Shown piece by piece: positions 15,926 through 23,659 of a stretch of 39,663 bases of DNA. The stretch's first letter is position 1, and every line of letters begins with the position of its first letter. The stretch lies in assembly GCA_018302205.1 (NCBI GenBank), contig JAGVZZ010000019.1, positions 1-39,663 of the forward strand, written 5' to 3'. The notes beneath the pieces are model-generated. The model ran no database searches, had not been told where the DNA came from, and was given only the letters and a program-made list of their open reading frames with translations. The DNA comes from Candidatus Woesearchaeota archaeon (GTDB lineage Archaea; Nanobdellota; Nanobdellia; SCGC-AAA011-G17; GW2011-AR17). A program made the position numbers and the translations under genes.

Positions 15926-18251
15926 CTAATTCTTCATTAATTAATTTTTCATCATACTTTGGCCAAGAAATTAAATGGATAGATTCTAAATCAAATAAAT
16001 CTAAATTAATTTTTTCTGTTAAAAAAGGTAAAAATGGAGCTAATAAAGTAATAGCATCAAAATATGAATCATATAATACTTTTTGGATACTTGGATCCTC
16101 TAAATCTGATCTAATTGCTTGAACAAAAGTTTTAGATAAATCAAATAAAATAAAAGTTTTAATTTCAGCAATTGCTTTATGATATTCAAGATCATCTAAA
16201 TATTGTGTAACATTTTTCTTCAAATTTTCTCTTCTAGAAAGAATCCACTTACAAACAGGATCATTACTATTTGTGTTTCCTCTTCCATTACAATTCAGTT
16301 TTACATAGGTAGCTAAATTATTGATAACTAAAAGTTGTCTTTGAATTTCTTTTGCAGGGCCATAACCAAAACATAAATCAAATTGTGGATTTTGACTACA
16401 ATATTGCCACCTCATTACATCTGCCCCCATTTTTTGGACAGCTTCATCAAACCAAATAGCATTCCCTTTGCTCTTATGCATAGATTCTCCTTTCTCATCC
16501 TTAACCTCCTCGTAACAAAGAATATTTTTATACGGGGCTACACCTTCTAATGCAACAGACATAAACAATTGGGCATAGAACCATAATCTAACTTGAGTTC
16601 TACATTCAATTTCTAATTGAGCAGGGAACCATTTCTTCCAATAAGCTTTATCTTCAAAATAATTTAAAGTTGAATAAGGAACAATACCTGCATCTAACCA
16701 ACAATCTCCAACATCAGTAATTCTTTGAACTTCATGACCACAAGAACATTTAATTTTAATTTCATCAATCCAAGGTCTATGTAATTCCGGTAATTCCTCA
16801 ACTAATTTTTTATTCACAGCCAATTTTTTTAATTCTTCAAGAGAACCAACAATGGTATTTTTTTTACAATGATTACATTCATAAAACATCAAAGGTAAAC
16901 CCCAAAATCTTCTTCTAGAAATATTCCAATCATCCATATTATCTAACCAATTTTGCATTAATTTCCCAACATACTCTGGATACCAATGAACTTTTGCAGC
17001 TTCAGATTTCATTTTTGGACGAATCTCATCACAAGAAATAAACCATGAAGAGTCCATTCTAAAAACTAATTCTGATTTACATCTCCAACAAATAGGATAT
17101 CTATGTTTATAATTTTCAATTTTGAATAATAATCCTCTAGCATCTAAATCTTCAACAATAAGTTTTTTCAATTCATAGACATTTCTTCCAGAATAACTTC
17201 CAAAACCAGGATTGTAATTCCCAAAATCATCAAGTGCACAATTTAACATTTTCAATTTTAATTGCTTACCTAACTCAAAATCTTCCTCTCCACAACTTGG
17301 AGCAATATGAACAATCCCAGTTCCATCTTTATCTCCAACTTCCTTCCATTCAACTACTTTAGGTTTTACATCTTTTTGAATTTCAAACTCAGGATAGAAA
17401 TTTTCATATTCCCAACCAATCAAATCTTTTCCCTTTAACCTTTCTAAAATTTCATAATCCCCATCTTCATCTAATTTTCCTGCAACAGCTTCAGAAATAT
17501 AATATATATCTCCACCATATTTTGCTTTAACATAATCAACTTCTGGATTTACTGCTGCTGCAACATTACTTGATAATGTCCATTCAGTTGTAGTCCAAAT
17601 CAATAAATATTCATTTTCTCTTTTTTTAATTTTAGCTTTAATATAAACAGAAGGATGAACAATATCAGCATAACCTTCATCACTCATTTCATGTTTACTA
17701 GAAGAAGTACCACATCTTATACACCAAGGCAAAATTCTCTTTCCTTTGTATAACCAACCTTTATCATTACAAACTTTCAAAAAATGCCAAATAGAAGTAA
17801 TATTATGATCATCCATAGTATAATAATCATTACCCCAATCCATCCATTGCCCTAACATTTTAGATTGTTCTGTTTGAATAGCAGAATATTTTTCAACTCT
17901 ATTTCTACAAGCTTTGGAAAATTTATCTAAACCATAATTTTCAATATCACTTTTGGAATTAAAACCTAAATCTTTTTCAGTTTCAACTTCAAGCCATAAA
18001 CCTTGACAATCAAATCCATTTTGAAATCTCTGTTCACTGCCTCTCATTGCATGATATCTTTGAAAAACATCTTTTAGAGTTCTACCCCAACCATGATGAA
18101 CACCCATGGGATTATTAGCAGTTATAGGTCCATCAATAAAAGACCAATTAGGATTTTTGGAATTTTGTTTTCTAAGCTTATCAAATATTCCTTTTTTATT
18201 CCAATACAATAAAATTTCTTTTTCAATTTGATAAGTATTAAACTCTACCAT
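15921..18251 (-). CDS. ileS: Isoleucyl-tRNA synthetase (type 2-like), catalytic, editing and anticodon-binding part; ends at a TGA created by a +1 frame break
   Basis: GPITANNPMGVHHGWGRTLKD (HIGH-region variant), GFDCQGLWLE, WTTTEWTL editing region, KMSKS as MHKSKGN, then WPKYDEKLINEELE followed by the stop. Confidence 0.88.
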   Translation of the reverse strand: MVEFNTYQIEKEILLYWNKKGIFDKLRKQNSKNPNWSFIDGPITANNPMGVHHGWGRTLKDVFQRYHAMRGSEQRFQNGFDCQGLWLEVETEKDLGFNSKSDIENYGLDKFSKACRNRVEKYSAIQTEQSKMLGQWMDWGNDYYTMDDHNITSIWHFLKVCNDKGWLYKGKRILPWCIRCGTSSSKHEMSDEGYADIVHPSVYIKAKIKKRENEYLLIWTTTEWTLSSNVAAAVNPEVDYVKAKYGGDIYYISEAVAGKLDEDGDYEILERLKGKDLIGWEYENFYPEFEIQKDVKPKVVEWKEVGDKDGTGIVHIAPSCGEEDFELGKQLKLKMLNCALDDFGNYNPGFGSYSGRNVYELKKLIVEDLDARGLLFKIENYKHRYPICWRCKSELVFRMDSSWFISCDEIRPKMKSEAAKVHWYPEYVGKLMQNWLDNMDDWNISRRRFWGLPLMFYECNHCKKNTIVGSLEELKKLAVNKKLVEELPELHRPWIDEIKIKCSCGHEVQRITDVGDCWLDAGIVPYSTLNYFEDKAYWKKWFPAQLEIECRTQVRLWFYAQLFMSVALEGVAPYKNILCYEEVKDEKGESMHKSKGNAIWFDEAVQKMGADVMRWQYCSQNPQFDLCFGYGPAKEIQRQLLVINNLATYVKLNCNGRGNTNSNDPVCKWILSRRENLKKNVTQYLDDLEYHKAIAEIKTFILFDLSKTFVQAIRSDLEDPSIQKVLYDSYFDAITLLAPFLPFLTEKINLDLFDLESIHLISWPKYDEKLINEELE

Positions 18252-18633
18252 TACTAAAAAAATTCTTCTCCTTTACTTTAAATAATTTGCTATTTTCCAT
18301 TCCCTCAAGTTGACTGCAAATATTTTCTTCCCAATTTTTACAAAAATCAGTAATTAAAATTTGAAGAACTTTTCCATTTTTATTTCTTTTTAACAACAAA
18401 GACCAATTATTATTTTTCTTTTCAAACACAATTTCAACTCTTCTTTCATTTCTATCTAAATTTTTAATTTTATTAACTAAAGAACAACCAGAAATTCTCA
18501 AAAAAGCTCTAATATTATTTTTTTTATAAATACTAACTTTATTCTCATTTTTCCATCTATGCTTCAAAATGGCAATTCCTCTTTCAATTGTTATGGACCC
18601 CTGAGAACAAATCATATCCAAACAATAGATCAT
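18238..18633 (-). CDS. Hypothetical protein
   Basis: 131-aa ORF that overlaps the ileS start by 14 nt. No motifs recognised. Confidence 0.35.
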   Translation of the reverse strand: MIYCLDMICSQGSITIERGIAILKHRWKNENKVSIYKKNNIRAFLRISGCSLVNKIKNLDRNERRVEIVFEKKNNNWSLLLKRNKNGKVLQILITDFCKNWEENICSQLEGMENSKLFKVKEKNFFSNGRV

Positions 18634-18739
18634 TTTGTTTTAAATAATTTGCCCAAAATAGCGACTCTAAGATATATACCAAAAGGTTTATAAACAACCC
18701 TCTTACCTAATTTATATTAGAGGTGATAGGAATTGATAT

Positions 18740-19033
18740 ATGGAAGATATGATAGAAAAACCGATGCTGGTTATGCAAATTCGACCCGAGTTTTCTGTAG
18801 TCTACAAAGCAAATCCTAAACTTAAATTAAAAAAAGAATTCGTTAAATCAAAAAAAGAATTCACTGATTATCTTTCTAAAACCGCAAAAAACTGGAAAGA
18901 AGGCGACTATTTTTTAAGATCCGGAATGGGTCCATTCGCAGCATTCAATGTTAAAAAAGGCGGAAAAATAACTTTATACAAAGAAAACAAAAATAAAATC
19001 CCATACTTATGTTGGGGCGTTTTCAAAAAATGA
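18740..19033 (+). CDS. Hypothetical protein
   Basis: 97-aa ORF preceded by the SD-like GAGGTGAT. Its stop overlaps the next start (ATGA). Confidence 0.4.
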   Translation: MEDMIEKPMLVMQIRPEFSVVYKANPKLKLKKEFVKSKKEFTDYLSKTAKNWKEGDYFLRSGMGPFAAFNVKKGGKITLYKENKNKIPYLCWGVFKK

Positions 19034-19425
19034 AATTATCAAATTTTAACATTGATGAAAAAATAAAATGGTACCATGTAGTTTTTGGAGGCTTAGGTAC
19101 TTTAGGTGGCATATTAAGCAGAGAAGAATATAATAATCCCAAATTAGAACACTATCTCAATTCATATGGTTCAGATGTATTCACACCTTTTGGATTATAT
19201 TTCATAACAAGAGGATATGCTTCAAAAAAAGCCACACTATTCACTTGGGGAACAATAGTAACTTTATCAGAATTAACAGATCTAGGTCCAGGAGCAGGAG
19301 TATTTGATCCAAAAGACTTTCTAGCATATGCCGCAGGTTTTAGCTTAGCTTTAGGAATAGAAAAAATTTTCGAACCCAAAAAAAGAGTCACCAAAACCCT
19401 TATAAATTCTATAAAACCCCTTTAA
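19030..19425 (+). CDS. Hypothetical membrane protein
   Basis: ATG at 19030 is coupled to the upstream stop. Hydrophobic segments WYHVVFGGLGTLGGIL, FTPFGLYFITRGY and LAYAAGFSLALGI. Confidence 0.45.
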   Translation: MKLSNFNIDEKIKWYHVVFGGLGTLGGILSREEYNNPKLEHYLNSYGSDVFTPFGLYFITRGYASKKATLFTWGTIVTLSELTDLGPGAGVFDPKDFLAYAAGFSLALGIEKIFEPKKRVTKTLINSIKPL

Positions 19426-19454
19426 ATCACTAAAATTAAGGAGTTAAAGAAAAA

Positions 19455-19781
19455 ATGATGAATAATGACAGATTTAGAAAACCTGTAGAACAGGGAGACG
19501 AAATGGAAGTAACTATTGAAAGTACTGGCGCAAAAGGCGATGGTATTGCTAAAGTAAATAACTTTGTAGTAATCATTCCTGGTGTTAAACAAGGTGACAA
19601 AGTAAGAGTTAAGATCACAAGAGTCTTAAAGAAAATGGCTTTCGCAGAAGTTATTGGTGAAGGTTCAGAGAAATCCGAAGAATCAACTGAAGAAACATCA
19701 GATGAAGAATCAACTGAAGAAACATCAGATGAAGAAGCTTCAGACGACCAAAGTTACACTGATGACGAAGACGAAGAATAG
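19455..19781 (+). CDS. TRAM-domain protein with a repetitive acidic C-terminal tail
   Basis: GDEMEVTIESTGAKGDGIAKVNNFVVIIPGVKQGDKVRVKITRVLKKMAFAEVI is a TRAM fold signature. SD AAGGAG lies upstream. The tail is ESTEETSDE x2. Confidence 0.8.
   Translation: MMNNDRFRKPVEQGDEMEVTIESTGAKGDGIAKVNNFVVIIPGVKQGDKVRVKITRVLKKMAFAEVIGEGSEKSEESTEETSDEESTEETSDEEASDDQSYTDDEDEE
19677..19736 (+). repeat. 27-bp perfect tandem repeat (2 copies plus a partial third) encoding EESTEETSD
   Basis: gaagaatcaactgaagaaacatcagat occurs at 19677-19703 and 19704-19730, followed by gaagaa. Confidence 0.9.
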
Positions 19782-19793
19782 ATAATCTAAAAA

Positions 19794-19801
19794 TTTATAA
19801 A
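19794..19801 (+). promoter_or_regulatory. TATA box (TTTATAAA) ending 23 nt upstream of the rfcS ATG
   Basis: Motif and spacing. Confidence 0.45.
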
Positions 19802-19823
19802 TAATTTTCTTTTTTATTAAATT

Positions 19824-20774
19824 ATGACAGATTCTACAATTTGGACAGAGAAATATAGGCCACAAACATTTGAAGATATTAAAGGCCAAAAAAAGATAGT
19901 TGAACGAATTAAAGCATTTGTTGACCAAAAAAATATGCCCCACATTCTTCTAGCGGGCCCAGCAGGTGTTGGTAAATCAACCATTGCATTAGTAATAGCA
20001 AAAGAATTATTCCATGATACTTGGAAAAACAACTTTTTAGAATTAAACGCATCTGATGAAAGAGGAATAGATGTTGTTAGAAACACTATCAAAGAATTCG
20101 CAAAGACCAGAGGCTTAGGAAATGTTCCTTTCAAAATTATTTTCTTAGATGAATGTGATTCATTAACAAAAGAAGCCCAACAAGCACTTCGTAGAACAAT
20201 GGAGAACTTTGTAACATCAACAAGATTTGTATTATCCTGTAATTATTCTTCAAAGATAATTGACCCAATTCAAAGTAGATGTACAATTTTCAGATTCAAA
20301 CCTTTAAACAAAGAAGATATCAAAGATTACATTGTAAAGATCGCTACAAGAGAAGAACTAAAAGTTGACGACAATTCCATTGAAGCATTAGTCGATCTAA
20401 GTAACGGCGATGTACGAAAAATAACAAACATCTTACAAAGTTGTTCATCAATAGACCACAATATTACTGAGGAATTAGTTTATTCATTAGTTTCTGCAGC
20501 TGAACCAAAAGAGATACAAGATATTTTAAAATTAGCGATCAATAAAAGATTCATCCAAGCAAGAGGATTACTATTAGATACAATGCTTAAGCATGGGTTA
20601 TCAGGGATAGACATATTAAAACAAATCCAAAAAGAAACCTTAGAAATGGAATCAATTTCTGATGAAAAAAGAATTGAATTGTTAGATAAATGTGGAGAGA
20701 TAGAATTCAGAATGGTCGAAGGTTCAGACGAATTTATCCAACTAGAAGCATTACTGGCACACTTTGCAAAATGA
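19824..20774 (+). CDS. rfcS: Replication factor C small subunit
   Basis: WTEKYRP, GPAGVGKST Walker A, ILDECDSLT Walker B, SRC motif (IQSRCTIFRF). Confidence 0.95.
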   Translation: MTDSTIWTEKYRPQTFEDIKGQKKIVERIKAFVDQKNMPHILLAGPAGVGKSTIALVIAKELFHDTWKNNFLELNASDERGIDVVRNTIKEFAKTRGLGNVPFKIIFLDECDSLTKEAQQALRRTMENFVTSTRFVLSCNYSSKIIDPIQSRCTIFRFKPLNKEDIKDYIVKIATREELKVDDNSIEALVDLSNGDVRKITNILQSCSSIDHNITEELVYSLVSAAEPKEIQDILKLAINKRFIQARGLLLDTMLKHGLSGIDILKQIQKETLEMESISDEKRIELLDKCGEIEFRMVEGSDEFIQLEALLAHFAK

Positions 20775-21001
20775 CTTACACTATTGATGCACATCAGAAC
20801 GAAGAAGGCTATTTCCTAACAATAACAAGAGCCACAAACAACAAGAATGCACCCACAACAATTAGAATCGTCACAGCAAGAGACCTCAACGACCTAGCAA
20901 GCAGATTAGAGATAGAAGCTATGAAAGCCCCAAGAGTATTTGAGGTAAGATATTTCGATGGAATTTCACAAACAGACTTAAGAAACAGAATGAGAAAATA
21001 A
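20771..21001 (+). CDS. Uncharacterised 76-aa protein embedded between rfcS and rfcL
   Basis: The ATG overlaps the rfcS stop (ATGA at 20771-20774), and the ORF ends 5 nt before the rfcL ATG. Sequence MTYTIDAHQNEEGYFLTITRATNN... has no recognisable motif. Confidence 0.5.
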   Translation: MTYTIDAHQNEEGYFLTITRATNNKNAPTTIRIVTARDLNDLASRLEIEAMKAPRVFEVRYFDGISQTDLRNRMRK

Positions 21002-21006
21002 TATTC

Positions 21007-22170
21007 ATGGATCCATTAACAAAAAAATACTTGCCAAGGTATATTAAAGAAATTATTGGACAAGAACAATCATTAATTAAACTAAGGCAATCTCTAAACT
21101 TAAAAAAACCATTCCTAGTTTATGGACCAACAGGTACAGGAAAAACTTCTGCAGCAATTGCATTATCAAAAGAATTAGGTTTAGAAATGTTCGAAGTAAA
21201 CGCTTCTGATGCTAGAAACAAAGATAGTATCCAACAAATTTTGGGCAGTTCAATGCAACAACAAAGCTTATTCTCAAAAGGAAAATTAATACTCGTTGAC
21301 GACATTGATGCCTTATCCGGAACAAAAGATCGAGGTGGCCTAGGTGCAATTGAAGAATTAATCGCCAAACCAAAACACCTAACAATTTTAACTTGCATAG
21401 ACCCTTGGGAAGACAAATTCTCAAAACTCCGAAAAAAATGTATTCTAATAGAATTTCAATCATTAAAAAGAGACCAAATAATTAATCATCTAAGAAATAT
21501 TTGTAATGCCGAGGGAATCACTTTCGAAGAAAAAGATTTACAAGAGATAGCAAAGTATAGTAAAGGCGATTTAAGAGCCGCAATCAACGACCTCCAAACT
21601 TATAGTATCACAAAAACAATTTCTACTGAAGACAAATCTGAAAGGGACAAAGAAGAAGATTTAATATTTTGTTTAAGAAAAATTTTAAAAAGTAAAAAAT
21701 GGAACGAAACAATAAACATTTTCAACAAAACCAACGAAGACCTAAACGAATGCATGCTTTGGCTTGATGAAAATTTACCTAAGGAATACTCTTCTGAAGA
21801 TTTAAAAAAAGCATATAATCATCTTTCAAGAGCTGATGTATTCAATGGCAGAATCCGAAGATGGCAACATTGGAGATTTTTAGTTTACATAAACATTCTA
21901 ATCACAGCAGGCATCGCCACTTCAAAAAAAGAAACTAATCCTGAATCTCCTGAATACACAAGAACAACAAGAATCTTAAAACTCTGGATGGCAAAAGTTA
22001 GAAATGCAAAGAAAAAATCAATCTCAGAAAAGATCGCCTTAGTAACTCACACCTCAAAACACCGTGCACAAAAAGATACATTCCCATATTTAAAAAGGAT
22101 TTTACAAGACCCAAAAGTTGTAGCAGAACTAGAACTTGATGAAGAAGAAATTAGTTGGCTCAATAAGTAG
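21007..22170 (+). CDS. rfcL: Replication factor C large subunit
   Basis: KYLPRYIKEIIGQ, GPTGTGKTS Walker A, LILVDDIDAL Walker B, and the helical C-terminal domain typical of archaeal RfcL. Confidence 0.9.
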   Translation: MDPLTKKYLPRYIKEIIGQEQSLIKLRQSLNLKKPFLVYGPTGTGKTSAAIALSKELGLEMFEVNASDARNKDSIQQILGSSMQQQSLFSKGKLILVDDIDALSGTKDRGGLGAIEELIAKPKHLTILTCIDPWEDKFSKLRKKCILIEFQSLKRDQIINHLRNICNAEGITFEEKDLQEIAKYSKGDLRAAINDLQTYSITKTISTEDKSERDKEEDLIFCLRKILKSKKWNETINIFNKTNEDLNECMLWLDENLPKEYSSEDLKKAYNHLSRADVFNGRIRRWQHWRFLVYINILITAGIATSKKETNPESPEYTRTTRILKLWMAKVRNAKKKSISEKIALVTHTSKHRAQKDTFPYLKRILQDPKVVAELELDEEEISWLNK

Positions 22171-22690
22171 CAAGAATTAATTTTTTAACTCTATTCATTC
22201 TCAATTCAATAATACTTACATGCAATTCCTGAACTTTATATAAAACAGACCTCTTATCATGATCATCTAAACGTTCATAAAAAGGTTGAATTTTAGAATA
22301 ATAAAACTCAGCATAATCTAATTTCTTTTTTATAACCGCTTCATTACACCGATTTAATAATAATACAACTTGATTCCAAGGATCCAACTCCTCAAACTCA
22401 ACTTTAGGCACTTCAACAGTTTTCAAATAAATTCTAGGTGCTACAGGCACTGGTGCAGGTACATCCAATGCAACAAATTTAGGAATCCCTTTCAGTGATT
22501 TGTCTTTATACTTAGGAATATTTTTCAAATTCTTTTTAGAAACTTTAAACACGGTCTTTTTAGATTTCGGTGCAACGCTTGCTAAATAATCAACACTACT
22601 TTTACTCAACTTAATAGAATCTTTGACAGAAGCAGAAGTTTTTTTTTCAACATTCATTTTAAATTTTAAAGCTGCCTCTTTTGAAACCAT
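22160..22690 (-). CDS. Hypothetical Lys-rich protein
   Basis: 176-aa ORF, convergent with rfcL and overlapping it by 11 nt. No motifs recognised. Confidence 0.4.
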   Translation of the reverse strand: MVSKEAALKFKMNVEKKTSASVKDSIKLSKSSVDYLASVAPKSKKTVFKVSKKNLKNIPKYKDKSLKGIPKFVALDVPAPVPVAPRIYLKTVEVPKVEFEELDPWNQVVLLLNRCNEAVIKKKLDYAEFYYSKIQPFYERLDDHDKRSVLYKVQELHVSIIELRMNRVKKLILATY

Positions 22691-22726
22691 ACGACTAATT
22701 AGACAAAAACAATATATAAATTTATC

Positions 22727-23563
22727 TTAAAATTTAATTGACTCTAATTTTTTAATTCTATCCTCAGTTGCCGGATGTGTACTCATGATTGACATAAACC
22801 CTTTCCAAGTAAACGGATTAACAATAAATAAAGACGCACCAGCAGTAGACTCATTTGTAAACGGATTCTCTTTAACCCCACTCTCTAATCTTTTCAAAGC
22901 AGAAGAAAGCCCCTTAGAATTTTTTAACAACTTAGCCGCACTCGCATCAGCCATATACTCTCTACTTCTTGATATCGCCATTTGAATTAAGAAAGCCATA
23001 ATAGGTGTAACTATTCCTAATACTAACAATCCTAATAATCCTCCACGATCATCATCTCTACCACCAAGTATCGCCCCCCATCTAGCCATTACTCCAACAA
23101 ACGAAATAACACCAGCAATGGTAGCGGCAACTGTAGCAATCAAAATATCCCTATTCTTTACATGCGAGATTTCGTGAGCAATAACTCCTTTCAATTCCTC
23201 TTTATTCAACAACTCCATTATCCCTGTGGTTACAGCAACTGCTGCATGTTTCGGATTCCTTCCAGTAGCAAAAGCATTCGGATTCGCAGAATTCACAACA
23301 TAAACTTTAGGTTTAGGAATACTTGCTAACTTTGCAATTTCAGAAACCAACTCATGCAATTCTGGATACTTACTCTTCTCAGCAAGTTTAGCTTTATACA
23401 TCCACAAAACAATTTTATCTGAATAAAAATATGAAACAAAATTCATCACTAATGCAAATACTAACCCTATGACTAACCCATACGGTCCAAACATATACCC
23501 AATTACTAAAAGTATTCCTGTTAATAATCCCAAAAAGAATATGGTCTTGAATTGATTATACAT
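22727..23563 (-). CDS. htpX: HtpX-like M48 zinc metalloprotease (membrane)
   Basis: HEISHVKNRD (HExxH), distal EYMAD Glu ligand, and four hydrophobic segments. Confidence 0.9.
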   Translation of the reverse strand: MYNQFKTIFFLGLLTGILLVIGYMFGPYGLVIGLVFALVMNFVSYFYSDKIVLWMYKAKLAEKSKYPELHELVSEIAKLASIPKPKVYVVNSANPNAFATGRNPKHAAVAVTTGIMELLNKEELKGVIAHEISHVKNRDILIATVAATIAGVISFVGVMARWGAILGGRDDDRGGLLGLLVLGIVTPIMAFLIQMAISRSREYMADASAAKLLKNSKGLSSALKRLESGVKENPFTNESTAGASLFIVNPFTWKGFMSIMSTHPATEDRIKKLESIKF

Positions 23564-23659
23564 AGGTAAATATAAAAAAATGCCGTTTAAAAATCTTGCG
23601 CAGTTGGTTATCCTTCAAGATTGAGAAAATTAATAAACAATCATTCCCCCAATAGAGTT

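Noticed and set aside
19677-19736. Tandem repeat as a possible CRISPR-like array
   Set aside because: There are only two and a bit contiguous copies with no spacers. The repeat is in-frame inside a coding region and encodes an acidic peptide repeat.
20690-20770. N-terminal extension of the small ORF between the rfc genes (the ORF track starts at 20690)
   Set aside because: The extension overlaps the conserved 3' end of rfcS in another frame. The ATG at 20771 forms a classic ATGA stop-start overlap.
23621-23659. TTG at 23621 as the true start of the ATPase gene (the ORF-track start)
   Set aside because: The first 13 codons (MRKLINNHSPNRV) look non-conserved. The conserved N-terminus begins at the ATG at 23660 (MTYNIIIGR). 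The choice remains uncertain, because a TTTAAAAA element at 23586-23593 would suit either htpX or a transcript starting near 23621.
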